53,604 bases of DNA. Source: Candidatus Curtissbacteria bacterium. GTDB taxonomy: Bacteria > Patescibacteriota > Microgenomatia > Curtissbacterales > GWA2-41-24. The notes below the pieces were generated by a model. It did no database searches. It saw nothing but the letters and a program-made list of their open reading frames with translations, and had not been told where the DNA came from. This document shows, piece after piece, positions 9,479-19,986 of this stretch. The stretch covers positions 1 through 53,604 of the forward strand of contig JACPEV010000016.1 of NCBI GenBank assembly GCA_016183325.1, given 5' to 3'. Each line of letters begins with the position of its first letter. The stretch's first letter is position 1. A program made the translations under genes and the position numbers.

Positions 9479-9898
9479 ATGCGTTTGGTAAGTATAGTTT
9501 TAACCAATCCCAAAATCCTTGCAGTGTCTATATTACTTGCTTTTTCCCTGACTGGAACTCTCGCGATGACTGTTATGGATATGGATCACGAAGGCTCGAT
9601 GTCAAACTGCATATTAATGGTTCAAGAAAAAGAGCAAAGTTGCCAAATGACAATTACACAACATATTGCCAGTTGGCAACAAATGTTTGCAGCGGTATCT
9701 AGCGCAAATATCCTATCACTTGTGTTGGTCTTAATCCCTTTGGGATTAGGTCTATCATTTCTAAAACGAGTTATGCTTGATCCGCCCGAATTGCAACTTT
9801 ATAAACGGTATGTGAAAGAAAATTCCAGCCTAAAACTATTTGATTACCTTCTTTTAGCCTTCTCAAGAGGTATACTTCACTCTAAAATTTACGCTTAA
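9479..9898 (+). CDS. membrane protein, Met/His/Cys-rich (metal-cluster associated)
   Basis: TM-MDMDHEGSMSNC...C.M...HI..WQ-TM; ATG lies 6 nt after TATAAT. Confidence 0.65.
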   Translation: MRLVSIVLTNPKILAVSILLAFSLTGTLAMTVMDMDHEGSMSNCILMVQEKEQSCQMTITQHIASWQQMFAAVSSANILSLVLVLIPLGLGLSFLKRVMLDPPELQLYKRYVKENSSLKLFDYLLLAFSRGILHSKIYA

Positions 9899-9973
9899 AT
9901 TCCTAAAAGTCACGTTTTGTATTTAGTCTATTTAGACTATTCGGATTTAAACTACAAAAAAATTACAAAATTT

Positions 9974-10960
9974 ATGTCAAAAAATAAAATAAAGGGTTCT
10001 AAAATTGCACTTTTAATAATTGTACTGTTTGCATTAGGCGGAGCTTTTTTAATTTTTCAAAAACAAAATAACTCGGCTAAAAATAAAGCTTTAAATACAC
10101 AAAGTTCCTCATCTCAGATGCAAGAAGAATCTATCACGGAAAATGCCACTTACGGTCACGTTCACGCAATTTTGCAAAACCCTAAAGATAATAGTTTGTT
10201 TCTAGGTACTCACGAAGGCTTATTCAAAAGCACTGATAGCGGTAAAACTTTTAAAAAAATAGCCACAAAAGGTGAGGTTAACGAAATGGATTTTATGAAC
10301 TTTGCATATGATCAAAACAATAAAATTATTTATGCAGGAGGCCATGATCTAGGAGTTATTAAAAGCACAGACGGAGGGGTAAATTGGAGCAAAGCCGATT
10401 CAGGTATCAAAGGTAGCGATATTCATGCATTAGCGATAAATCCTTTAGATACTACCAAGCTGTATGCTTTTTCAGTTAGTAATGGTGTTTTTGGAACTAA
10501 AGATGGGGCTAAAACTTGGTACAGAATTGATGATGGTCCAGATAATCCCTCAACGAGAGCTTTTGGTTATATGGGTACACCCTCAAGTATGGACAGAAGT
10601 ATGAAGACAGATAACACGACTAATATTGGTTACCTTTGGGCAGGAACAGGAGAAGGGCTATATAGTTCATTCGCCTGTTTCTGTGGCTGGACTAAAACGG
10701 AAGGCATTTCTGATAATGCAACTATTTATACTTTAGCACCTGATCCAATAAACAAAAGTAGCATGCTAGCGGGCACTAAAAATGGCATCTTCAAAACCAC
10801 TGACGAAGGGAAAACCTTCGCCCAAGTAAGTGATGTTAAAGATATCTCAGCAATTACCTTTGATTCATCAAACCCCAAAGTAGTTTATGCGTCAACCTCA
10901 AGCGGAGTTATTTATAGAACTAATGACGATGGAAAGACCTGGGGCAAAGTAAATGAATAA
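9974..10960 (+). CDS. secreted BNR/Asp-box repeat (sortilin-like beta-propeller) protein
   Basis: N-terminal TM, HVH motif, repeated S/T.D.G.TW/F boxes. Confidence 0.8.
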   Translation: MSKNKIKGSKIALLIIVLFALGGAFLIFQKQNNSAKNKALNTQSSSSQMQEESITENATYGHVHAILQNPKDNSLFLGTHEGLFKSTDSGKTFKKIATKGEVNEMDFMNFAYDQNNKIIYAGGHDLGVIKSTDGGVNWSKADSGIKGSDIHALAINPLDTTKLYAFSVSNGVFGTKDGAKTWYRIDDGPDNPSTRAFGYMGTPSSMDRSMKTDNTTNIGYLWAGTGEGLYSSFACFCGWTKTEGISDNATIYTLAPDPINKSSMLAGTKNGIFKTTDEGKTFAQVSDVKDISAITFDSSNPKVVYASTSSGVIYRTNDDGKTWGKVNE

Positions 10961-11075
10961 ACAAAGCTTTTCTTCGAATAATCAGAACCTTTTTACAAAT
11001 AAATTCTTTAATTCCTGCGGAAGATGTTTAAACCCTTGCGAGTCAGACTCGACGGAGTTCTGCGAGCGAATATAA
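10953..11075 (+). pseudogene. truncated paralog of the 8516..8719 small gene, cut by a palindromic repeat
   Basis: NKFFNSCGRCLNP versus NKFFNSCRRCLNP; homology stops at cgagtcagactcgacg. Confidence 0.6.
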
Positions 11076-11123
11076 AAGGAGCTATTGATCAAGCATTACA
11101 ATGAAAGGTGTTAAAATAAATCC

Positions 11124-12161
11124 ATGAATCTCTGGCCAATATTTATTTCCGGTCTGACGGTTGGAGGACTGACTTGCCTTGCAGTTCAGGGTGGCCTTCT
11201 TGCTTCCGTTATTGCTGCAAGAGAAGAAGAGGATAACAAAGAGGAAGAAAAACGCAAACATAATTTATGGCCAGTCGCCTTATTTTTGACCACTAAACTG
11301 ATTGCTTACACCGCACTGGGTTTTCTCTTGGGATCATTTGGCCAAGCTCTTGCTTTCACTGATAATGTGAGGATATCAATGCAGTTTATAGCCGGGCTCT
11401 ATATGGTGGCAATAGCGCTGAATCTTCTTAATGTTCATCCTATCTTTCGATATGCACTAATCCAACCCCCAAGATTTTTAACAAGGATGCTTAAGAATCA
11501 ATCCAAAAGCAAAGATTTATTTGCTCCGGCATTCCTTGGCACCATGACGATTTTTATTCCCTGCGGTACCACGCTGGCGATGGAGGCATTAGCTATATCA
11601 AGTGGAAGCCCACTCCTGGGAGCTTCTATCATGGCAACATTCATCTTGGCTACAATGCCCTTATTTTTCGGACTCGGATTTTTAACTACAACATTAGGAG
11701 ACACATTCAAAAATAAATTTTATAAAGTGGCAGCATTAGTGGTCTTGTATCTAGGCATCACATCCATAAACGGATCACTGTTAGCATCCGGTTCACCCGT
11801 TACTATTCAATCAATCGCCGACAATTTTCCGATTAAATTTGCCAAAGCTCAATCGTCCGGCAATGGAAATTTGGCCAAATTAAATCCAGCCGGAGAACAA
11901 GCTGTTGAAATTAATGTTCTTCCCAACGGTTACAGTCCAAATCGTTTCACTGTTCGTGCCGGTTCTCCGGTCGCACTTTTTTTAAATGTTGCAGACAAAT
12001 TAGGATGTACTTCCGCGTTCAGAATTCCCAGTCTAGGAATCAGCAAAAATTTAACTCCTTCATTCACCGATTCATCAATCAAATTCACACCGCAGGCGCC
12101 GGGGAGCATTGCTTTTACCTGCTCCATGGGAATGTATAGGGGAGTCATCGAAGTGATCTGA
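11124..12161 (+). CDS. TauE/SafE (DsbD_2) membrane protein with C-terminal cupredoxin domain
   Basis: TCLAVQGG, IPCGTT and C-terminal FTCSMGMYRG motifs. Confidence 0.85.
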   Translation: MNLWPIFISGLTVGGLTCLAVQGGLLASVIAAREEEDNKEEEKRKHNLWPVALFLTTKLIAYTALGFLLGSFGQALAFTDNVRISMQFIAGLYMVAIALNLLNVHPIFRYALIQPPRFLTRMLKNQSKSKDLFAPAFLGTMTIFIPCGTTLAMEALAISSGSPLLGASIMATFILATMPLFFGLGFLTTTLGDTFKNKFYKVAALVVLYLGITSINGSLLASGSPVTIQSIADNFPIKFAKAQSSGNGNLAKLNPAGEQAVEINVLPNGYSPNRFTVRAGSPVALFLNVADKLGCTSAFRIPSLGISKNLTPSFTDSSIKFTPQAPGSIAFTCSMGMYRGVIEVI

Positions 12162-12206
12162 ACAAAGTGAAGATCATCCTGAGCGGAGTCGAAGGATCTA
12201 TATGAG

Positions 12207-12428
12207 ATGAGAATTATTAAGAAAAAATTAAAAATTGATGGTATGCATTGCACCAGCTGCTCCATGAACATTGATTGGGACTTGGAAGATCTAAAAGGGG
12301 TCAAATCAGCAAAAACCAGCTATGGAAGAGGGGAATGTGAAGTAGAGTTCGATGAAGAACAAGTTAGTCTTGAAGAAGTCATCAAAACAATCCAAAAAAC
12401 CGGCTACGGCGCTCAAATCAAAAATTAG
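12207..12428 (+). CDS. copZ: copper chaperone, HMA domain
   Basis: GMHCTSC...GY. Confidence 0.85.
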   Translation: MRIIKKKLKIDGMHCTSCSMNIDWDLEDLKGVKSAKTSYGRGECEVEFDEEQVSLEEVIKTIQKTGYGAQIKN

Positions 12429-12918
12429 CTTCATTTAAAAGTTCACCTTCTGTTTTGAAACTCTCGACTGTCAACTGGTGATTCCAGACCGGCGGTATTC
12501 CATATTCCCCAGCTCGGCTTGAAGCAAAATTTCCGCAAATAGTGGTAACGACTGCTTTCGAATCACCCCAAATCCGTGTGATTATCTCGCGATATTCCGG
12601 ATCGTAAATCCAAATAGAACGGGTATATTCGTCGTCCTTCAGGCTTACCTTTAAAATCGTATAAGAGGGAGTTTGAACATAGAATCCACGAGTACAAATT
12701 TTTTTGCCGTCATAAAAATTTGCATAAGAAAGCAGTTCTACAATTTGTACATTTATATAATTGCCAAAAACTTGGCCAGTGTTTTGCCAGGTGATAAATC
12801 CATAAATCGAAAGTCCTACTATTGCTATTAAAAGCACAAGACCAAACGAGGATTTAAGCCACTCTCCAATAGTTTGTCCAGGGGTGTTTCCCTGATAGAA
12901 TGAAGGTGTGACGCCCAT
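12418..12918 (-). CDS. hypothetical membrane-anchored protein
   Basis: 166-aa ORF with one TM segment; fills the gap between copZ and lit. Confidence 0.6.
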   Translation of the reverse strand: MGVTPSFYQGNTPGQTIGEWLKSSFGLVLLIAIVGLSIYGFITWQNTGQVFGNYINVQIVELLSYANFYDGKKICTRGFYVQTPSYTILKVSLKDDEYTRSIWIYDPEYREIITRIWGDSKAVVTTICGNFASSRAGEYGIPPVWNHQLTVESFKTEGELLNEANF

Positions 12919-13531
12919 TGCTTACTACCTTATTATAATCTTTTTGCCACTTACCATAATATTTTCTAACCTTCTTTCGCTAATCGCGAATAAGAACTTT
13001 TATATGACAATTTACGAAAAAGAGGGAATTTATTCTAATTTCTCTCAAAAAGAGATTGTTAATACTGCGACTGGCAACCTTTTTGGCTACTTTCGAGCTA
13101 ATATTATGCTCGAACAAAATTTTTTTTCACCTCGGGCTCGTCTCCATCTAAGGGACATCAAAATATTAATTAACAATGTCGAATTATTAAATATTATCTC
13201 CGTTCTTTTGGTGCTGTCTTCAAGTGCGATTTTCGTAGCCAAAAAAGAGTTGACATTGCTCAAAAAAGGTGTTTTTTTAGGATCTTTGTCGACTATCTTA
13301 TTTGTATTATTATTGTTTATTTTGAAAGCTCTAAGTTTCTCCTTCTTCTTTGAAAAATTTCACTTACTTTTCTTTAGAAATAATCTCTGGATATTTCCCC
13401 AGGAAGATAATCTGGTTAAACTTTTCCCTGAGAGTTTTTTCCAAGCGTTTGCTAGAACTCTTTTTTTAAATATAGCTGTCACCTCTATACTATTGTTATT
13501 AGCATCAAGAATATTGCCTAAAAAATTATGA
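12908..13531 (+). CDS. lit: DUF1461 / lipoprotein intramolecular transacylase Lit
   Basis: H..D.K.L and F..FH..FF.N..W.F.....L..LFPE.FF motifs; overlaps lgt. Start position uncertain. Confidence 0.75.
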   Translation: MTPIAYYLIIIFLPLTIIFSNLLSLIANKNFYMTIYEKEGIYSNFSQKEIVNTATGNLFGYFRANIMLEQNFFSPRARLHLRDIKILINNVELLNIISVLLVLSSSAIFVAKKELTLLKKGVFLGSLSTILFVLLLFILKALSFSFFFEKFHLLFFRNNLWIFPQEDNLVKLFPESFFQAFARTLFLNIAVTSILLLLASRILPKKL

Positions 13532-14295
13532 ATATTTCCCTTGGCCCTTTAACTTTCCACATGTATGGGTTAATAATCGGAGTAGCAATCTTGCTGGGAT
13601 GGTATTTAGCCAAAAAAAGAGCTCATCTTTACAAAATTTCTCAATCAACACTTGACGATCCGACTCTTTTGATACCGTTAATTTTAGGCATCGCCGGAGC
13701 GCGGCTATATCATGTTCTCGACTATTTAAACTTTTATCGGCAAAACCCTGGGCAAATTTTGTCCATCACCTCGGGTGGCTTAGGAATCTGGGGAGCTTTA
13801 GGCGGTATTTCTCTCGGTTTTTGGATTATAGCCAAAGTTAAAAATATCAAGCTTTTATCAATTTTAGATCTGGTAGCCCCCTCACTTTTACTTGGTCAGG
13901 CTATAGGCAGAATCGGTAATTTTATCAATCAAGAAGGTTTCGGTCCACCAACTAGCTTGCCGTGGGGAGTGTACATTGCCCCCGAAAACCGCCCAATCCA
14001 GTTTATCAACTCAACAAACTTCCACCCGACTTTTTTCTACGAGGCCATTCTCGATGGCCTGTTTTTTATCCTACTGATTATTCTTACCAAAAGATTCAAA
14101 TTGCCTGGCCAAATATTTGGTCTTTATTTAGCTTTCTATGCAGCAGGGCGCTTTACCGTCGAATTCTGGCGCATCGATACCTGGACCGTTGGGACAATCA
14201 AAATAGCCCACGTACTCTCGGTAATAGCCATTGCAGTAGGTATTTGGTTTCTGATTAGACGCGCAAAACCAACTCACGGGCTTGACACCACTTAG
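13528..14295 (+). CDS. lgt: prolipoprotein diacylglyceryl transferase
   Basis: YG, GARLYHV, GQAIGRIGNFINQE and HPTFFYE motifs. Confidence 0.95.
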   Translation: MNISLGPLTFHMYGLIIGVAILLGWYLAKKRAHLYKISQSTLDDPTLLIPLILGIAGARLYHVLDYLNFYRQNPGQILSITSGGLGIWGALGGISLGFWIIAKVKNIKLLSILDLVAPSLLLGQAIGRIGNFINQEGFGPPTSLPWGVYIAPENRPIQFINSTNFHPTFFYEAILDGLFFILLIILTKRFKLPGQIFGLYLAFYAAGRFTVEFWRIDTWTVGTIKIAHVLSVIAIAVGIWFLIRRAKPTHGLDTT

Positions 14296-14319
14296 CACTC
14301 ATGGTATCTTGTTTGCTAA
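14282..14319 (+). promoter_or_regulatory. lon promoter overlapping a CIRCE-like operator
   Basis: TTGACA-17-TATCTT; TTAGCACTC-N10-GTTTGCTAA versus consensus TTAGCACTC-N9-GAGTGCTAA. Confidence 0.45.
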
Positions 14320-14408
14320 TTCCTTCTCCGGCAAAGCCGGATCAGGACAAGCTATACATATCGTATATAATTAGAGGTGAGAATAATTTATACTGAACGA
14401 AGTGAAGT

Positions 14409-16829
14409 ATGGCGATCTTTCTAGAACAGCAAAAACCTAGACTTAAAAACGAATTGCCCATAGTACCTCTCAGGGATACAGTAGTTTTCCCCTCGTCTAT
14501 GGTTCCAATTACCGTCGGCAGACCAAAAGTCAAGCTTGGGCTTGATAATACCTGGAATGCAGATAGACTTGCAGTTTTTGTTGCCCAAAAAAACCCCCGA
14601 ATCGAAAATCCTGCGCCCAATGACATCTATTCCGTCGGAACCGTCGGCTTAATCAGAAGGCTCTGGAAGGTAGACAACGAATACAATCTGGCAGTCGAAG
14701 GCCTCAGTCGCGTTTATCTTAAAGAGTTTACCCAAATCGATCCGTATTTAGCCGTTAAGGTAGAAGAAATTCCTGAACTTACTCAGAAAACCGAAGAAAT
14801 CGAAGCTCTTTTCAGAAATATCCTCGCCAAAATCAAAAAATATGGAGAACTTGGTGGAACTCTCACATTAGAGTCATCAATCCACATTTTTTCAACCGAC
14901 GACCCTAATCAATTAGTCGATATCGTCTCAGCATCAATCGATCTCAAAACCGCCGATAAGCAACAGATTCTTGAAATGGTTGATACTAAATCCAGATTAG
15001 AACGCCTTTCCGAATTGTTAACTAGAGAAATGAGAATTCTGGAAATCTCCTCAAAAATAGATACCGAGACTCAAGAAAGAGTCGGCCGAGTTACTAAAGA
15101 AGCCATCCTTAGAGAAAAAATGAAATCTATTGAAAAAGAATTAGGAGAAGATGAGGATGGCCGTGAAATTGGTGAATTCCGCAAAAAAATCAAAGAAGCC
15201 AATATGTCAGCCGAAGTCAGAAAAAAGGCCGAAAGAGAACTGGCAAGACTTGCCAAAATGTCCTCATATAACCCAGAATCCTCTTATATCAGGACTTACT
15301 TGGAGTGGCTGGTCGAATTACCATGGTCTGTCAAAGATAAAAAGATGACAGATGTCGCTTTTGCGGCCAAGGTTCTGGATGAAGATCATTACGGTCTGCC
15401 TAAGGTCAAAGAAAGAATATTGGAATATTTGGCTGTGCACAAGCTTGTTGGCAAGATTAAAGGACCAATTCTTTGTTTCGTCGGTCCACCAGGAGTTGGT
15501 AAGACTTCCATTGGTAAATCAATCGCAAGAGCCTTAGGACGCAAATTTATAAGAGTCTCCTTAGGTGGTATTCATGATGAAGCTGAGATCCGTGGCCACC
15601 GTCGAACATATGTTGGGGCTTTGCCTGGTCGAATTGTCCAAGGCATCAGAAATGCTGGCACCAAGAATCCGGTTTTTATGCTTGACGAAATCGACAAAAT
15701 TGGTATGGATTTTAGAGGAGATCCTTCTTCCGCACTCTTAGAGGCTCTCGATCCCGAGCAAAACAATTCCTTTTCCGATCATTACCTGGAAGTACCATAC
15801 GATCTTTCTGATGTCATGTTCATAACTACTGCCAATGTTCTTGATACTATTCCACCTGCTCTCCGCGATCGTCTCGAGGTAATCTCATTCCCAGGATATA
15901 CGGAAGAAGAGAAATTCCACATTGCCAAAAAATTTCTTATCCCAAAGCAACTTGAAACTCATGGCTTGACTGGTGAAAAGGTCGAAATCACAGACAGTGC
16001 CATCAGGGAAATTATCGCCAGATACACTCGGGAAGCTGGCGTACGAGAGCTCGAAAGGGAAATAGCCTCAATTATGCGCAAAGTTGCCAAAAAGTTCGCC
16101 TCAAAAGACAAACAAACTAAGATTAAAGTTAGCTCCCAGCAAATTCACGCGTATCTTGGTCCCCATAAATTCAGTAAAACCATTGCTGAAACTAAAGACG
16201 AAATTGGCATGTCCACAGGTCTCTCCGTTACCCCTGCCGGTGGCGAGATTCTTTTTGTAGAAGTCACTTTGATGTCGGGTAAGGGCCAACTAATTTTAAC
16301 CGGCCAGCTTGGTGATGTCATGAAGGAATCTGCTCAAGCAGCTATGTCCTATGTTAGGTCTCGCGCCAGAGTCTTAAATCTTGCTGAAAACTTTGCTTCA
16401 AAAATTGACGTTCATATTCATGTACCGGAAGGAGCCGTTCCCAAAGAGGGCCCTTCAGCTGGAATCGCCATCACTACCGCCCTTGTATCCGCACTAACTA
16501 AAATTCCAGTTAGAAAAGGAGTTGGTATGACAGGCGAAGTCACGCTCCGGGGCAGGGTTTTGGAGATCGGCGGCTTAAAAGAAAAGGCTTTGGCCGCCCA
16601 CAGGGCCGGTCTAACTACAGTCATCCTACCCAAAGCAAATACCAAAGACTTAGAAGACATCCCTAAAAATGTTAAGAAAGATTTACAGTTTATATTCGCC
16701 GAACACATGGATGAAGTCCTAAAAGTTGCTCTTACTCGGGCTCTTCCGATTGAGAAAAAATCGAAAGAATCAAAAGCCAAGGGCGAGCAAACCGCAGGGT
16801 CTTTGCCTGTTTCTCCAACGACTATCTAA
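14409..16829 (+). CDS. lon: ATP-dependent Lon protease
   Basis: GPPGVGKTS, RRTYVGALPG and PKEGPSAG motifs. Confidence 0.97.
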   Translation: MAIFLEQQKPRLKNELPIVPLRDTVVFPSSMVPITVGRPKVKLGLDNTWNADRLAVFVAQKNPRIENPAPNDIYSVGTVGLIRRLWKVDNEYNLAVEGLSRVYLKEFTQIDPYLAVKVEEIPELTQKTEEIEALFRNILAKIKKYGELGGTLTLESSIHIFSTDDPNQLVDIVSASIDLKTADKQQILEMVDTKSRLERLSELLTREMRILEISSKIDTETQERVGRVTKEAILREKMKSIEKELGEDEDGREIGEFRKKIKEANMSAEVRKKAERELARLAKMSSYNPESSYIRTYLEWLVELPWSVKDKKMTDVAFAAKVLDEDHYGLPKVKERILEYLAVHKLVGKIKGPILCFVGPPGVGKTSIGKSIARALGRKFIRVSLGGIHDEAEIRGHRRTYVGALPGRIVQGIRNAGTKNPVFMLDEIDKIGMDFRGDPSSALLEALDPEQNNSFSDHYLEVPYDLSDVMFITTANVLDTIPPALRDRLEVISFPGYTEEEKFHIAKKFLIPKQLETHGLTGEKVEITDSAIREIIARYTREAGVRELEREIASIMRKVAKKFASKDKQTKIKVSSQQIHAYLGPHKFSKTIAETKDEIGMSTGLSVTPAGGEILFVEVTLMSGKGQLILTGQLGDVMKESAQAAMSYVRSRARVLNLAENFASKIDVHIHVPEGAVPKEGPSAGIAITTALVSALTKIPVRKGVGMTGEVTLRGRVLEIGGLKEKALAAHRAGLTTVILPKANTKDLEDIPKNVKKDLQFIFAEHMDEVLKVALTRALPIEKKSKESKAKGEQTAGSLPVSPTTI

Positions 16830-16933
16830 ATCATCTCAAGCTATTTTCCAACTCCAAAAAACTACATCAAAGTGTACTTAAAGAAGTTTGGAATTCGAAT
16901 TACTGCATCAAAAATAGTATATTTCTTCGTGGA

Positions 16934-17866
16934 ATGCAAACCATTATGAAATCATCCAAGATTCTTGAAGAAAAGCTTAAAAATTACCTTGATCTCATCA
17001 ACAAAAATTTTTCTATAGATAAACTGTTGCAAGAGAAAGAGGACCTTACTCAAGTTAGGAGATACTATTTAGTCAATCACTTCGCTTACCTGCTATTTCA
17101 TAGCAGAAAAGGCTTTATGCACATGGGGCTTTATAGAGATGGAGTTTCAAAAAAAGAAAGCTTACTGGAACATTTAAAAATAATTGACAAATATATAAAT
17201 CAAGTTCGGGCTAGAAATGTCTTAGAACTTGGGGCTGGTAATGGAGCCAATTGTGTCTATCTAGCCATGTTGCATCCTGATATTAACTTTAAGGGACTAG
17301 ATTTGTCCAAAAAGCCCCTAAATCCTTATAGGCGCATTAAAAATTATATTCACGAAATTGGAGATTACCATCAGTTAGACAGATACCAAGATAAAAGTTT
17401 TGATCTTGTCTTCGCGATTGAAACCATATGTCATAGTCCCAATAAGGAAAAACTTTTTGGCGAAATTTACAAGAAGCTTAAAAATGATGGGTTGATGGTT
17501 ATTTTTGATGGATACTTTACCAAAAATTTAAGTGATTTAAGTAAAGAGGAAATTCTTGCAAAAAAATTAACTGAAAAAGCCTTGGCTGTAGATAACTTTG
17601 AAACACTTAGAGAGTTTGAAGCAGCCCTTAAAAAGGCTAACTTTCAAATAATTAAAAAAGAGGATTTAACTCAATACGTGTTACCTACCATGCTAGGGTT
17701 TGAGAAACTAGCCTTGTCTTTCTTTAAGGTTCCTATTCTAACAAGAATCTTAAAAACTATCCTGCCTTTTGATCTGATTAAAAATTCCATAGCTGGCCTT
17801 TTAATATCCACTTTGGTAGAGAAAAGGGTGGCTGGTTATTACCTGCATGTATTGAAGAAAACCTAA
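16934..17866 (+). CDS. class I SAM-dependent methyltransferase
   Basis: VLELGAGNG, SFDLVFAIETICH and LKNDG motifs. Confidence 0.85.
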   Translation: MQTIMKSSKILEEKLKNYLDLINKNFSIDKLLQEKEDLTQVRRYYLVNHFAYLLFHSRKGFMHMGLYRDGVSKKESLLEHLKIIDKYINQVRARNVLELGAGNGANCVYLAMLHPDINFKGLDLSKKPLNPYRRIKNYIHEIGDYHQLDRYQDKSFDLVFAIETICHSPNKEKLFGEIYKKLKNDGLMVIFDGYFTKNLSDLSKEEILAKKLTEKALAVDNFETLREFEAALKKANFQIIKKEDLTQYVLPTMLGFEKLALSFFKVPILTRILKTILPFDLIKNSIAGLLISTLVEKRVAGYYLHVLKKT

Positions 17867-17956
17867 AGATTTCTGAGAAATTAACTAGGGAGAAAATTTA
17901 CATTCCCCTGGATTGCAAACTCACCCAAAACTTTGTATCATTCACCTCACAAGATA

Positions 17957-19972
17957 GTGGATTTTACAAACATTCATCCCGCTCTTGGTCTGCCATTTGC
18001 CTTAGCTGCTGCCACAGCAGCTATTTTGTATGGAGTTATAACTTCCTTCAAAATCATTTCGCTTTCCCCCGGTAGTCCTAAAATGCGCCAAATCGCCGAC
18101 AGTATCGCCGAAGGTGCCAGTGCCTACCTTTCTCGCCAGTATATGGTTGTGGCACCGGTTGCCATTATCATATTCACCGTCATCGCCTTCTTCCTTTCAC
18201 TATCAACGGCTATCGGTTTTTTAGTCGGCGCCGCCGCGTCCGCCGCATCAGGTTTCATTGGTATGAACATCTCAGTGAGAGCCAATGTCAGAACTGCTCA
18301 AGCAGCCAAAACTGGTCTTCAAAAAGCCCTCTGGGTGGCTTTTTCAGCCGGCTCAGTAACTGGGCTTTTGGTAGCAGGCCTTGCTCTTCTTGCAGTTAGC
18401 GGATTTTATGGGGCCACGGGAGATCTTTCGGGCCTAATCGGGCTTGGGTTTGGAGGTTCTCTTATTTCTATTTTCGCAAGATTAGGAGGAGGTATCTACA
18501 CCAAAGGCGCGGATGTCGGAGCAGATCTTGTCGGAAAGGCTGAAATTGGGATTCCGGAGGATGATCCTAGAAATCCCGCTGTCATTGCCGATAATGTGGG
18601 TGATAATGTTGGCGATTGCGCCGGTATGGCCGCAGATTTATTTGAAACTTACGCAGTCACCATGATTGCCGCCATGATTCTGGGCTCTTTAATCTTCCCT
18701 AATTTGCTTTCAGCAGTTATCTATCCACTTGTTTTAGGCTCAATTGCCATCATTGCCACAATCATCGCGACTCTATTTGTAAAACTTCCCCGAAATAAAA
18801 GCATTATGGGAGCTCTCTACGTTGGCCTAGGGACTGCCGCTGCCCTTTCTGCTTTAGGATTCTATCCCGCAACGATGTTAATTATGGGTACAAACGGTTT
18901 TATCGATCCCACAAGTATTTATCTCACCTCCATAATCGGAATTTTAGTTACGACTTTCATGGTTTTGATTACCGAATATTATACAGCCACCAAATTCAAA
19001 CCGGTACAACAAATCGCTCAAGCTTCAACCACCGGCCACGGAACCAATATCATTGCCGGACTGGCGATATCCTTAAGGTCCACCTTTTGGCCGGTTATTG
19101 TTATCTCACTTGCCATATTAATTTCTTATGCACTGGCCGGAATCTATGGCGTTGCGACGGCAGCGCTATCAATGCTTTCTTTGACTGGAATAATAGTTGC
19201 CATTGATGCTTTTGGCCCTATTACCGATAACGCCGGCGGCATTGCCGAAATGGCTGGTCTTGAAAAAAAAGTCAGAGATATCACCGATCCTCTCGACGCT
19301 GTTGGCAATACTACCAAAGCAATCACCAAAGGTTATGCAATTGCCTCAGCCGCTCTTGCTGCCTTAGTACTTTTTTCAGCCTACACACAAGAGTTGTCCG
19401 CCAAAGGATCTCTTGTCGAATTTACTCTTTCAGACCCGAAGGTATTAGTTGGTCTTTTAATTGGTGCTTCCCTCCCTTTTTTATTTACCTCATATGCCAT
19501 GGAAGCCGTTGGTAAAGCAGGTTCGGCAGTAGTTGATGAGGTGAGGCGTCAGTTTAAAGAATTCCCCGGCATTCTTTCAGGTAAAGATAAACCCCAGTAT
19601 GATAAAGCAGTTGATATTGTTACCCAAAAAGCCCTTAAGCTCATGATCACTCCCGCCCTTATTCCCGTAGTTGCACCCATAATTATCGGTTTTGCTCTAG
19701 GTACTAAAGCCCTTGGCGGTCTTTTAATTGGTTCAATCGTCTCGGGTCTTTTTGTGGCTATTTCCATGACAACCGGCGGCGCTGCCTGGGATAATGCCAA
19801 GAAATATATTGAAGCAGGCAATTTCGGGGGTAAAGGTTCGGATGCCCACAAGGCCGCGGTTACTGGCGACACTGTCGGTGATCCCTACAAAGACACAGCC
19901 GGTCCCGCCATCAATCCCATGATAAAAATCATCAATATTGTCGCACTTCTCCTGATTCCATTTCTTGTTTAA
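17957..19972 (+). CDS. hppA: membrane H+-translocating pyrophosphatase, K+-independent type
   Basis: [25 protein letters not shown] and [10 protein letters not shown] motifs; GTG start tentative. Confidence 0.93.
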   Translation: MDFTNIHPALGLPFALAAATAAILYGVITSFKIISLSPGSPKMRQIADSIAEGASAYLSRQYMVVAPVAIIIFTVIAFFLSLSTAIGFLVGAAASAASGFIGMNISVRANVRTAQAAKTGLQKALWVAFSAGSVTGLLVAGLALLAVSGFYGATGDLSGLIGLGFGGSLISIFARLGGGIYTKGADVGADLVGKAEIGIPEDDPRNPAVIADNVGDNVGDCAGMAADLFETYAVTMIAAMILGSLIFPNLLSAVIYPLVLGSIAIIATIIATLFVKLPRNKSIMGALYVGLGTAAALSALGFYPATMLIMGTNGFIDPTSIYLTSIIGILVTTFMVLITEYYTATKFKPVQQIAQASTTGHGTNIIAGLAISLRSTFWPVIVISLAILISYALAGIYGVATAALSMLSLTGIIVAIDAFGPITDNAGGIAEMAGLEKKVRDITDPLDAVGNTTKAITKGYAIASAALAALVLFSAYTQELSAKGSLVEFTLSDPKVLVGLLIGASLPFLFTSYAMEAVGKAGSAVVDEVRRQFKEFPGILSGKDKPQYDKAVDIVTQKALKLMITPALIPVVAPIIIGFALGTKALGGLLIGSIVSGLFVAISMTTGGAAWDNAKKYIEAGNFGGKGSDAHKAAVTGDTVGDPYKDTAGPAINPMIKIINIVALLLIPFLV

Positions 19973-19986
19973 ATTTATCTCCATTT

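Noticed and set aside
6616-16780. antisense and alternate-frame ORFs within copA, lgt and lon
   Set aside because: They are fully overlapped by well-supported genes and show no motifs.
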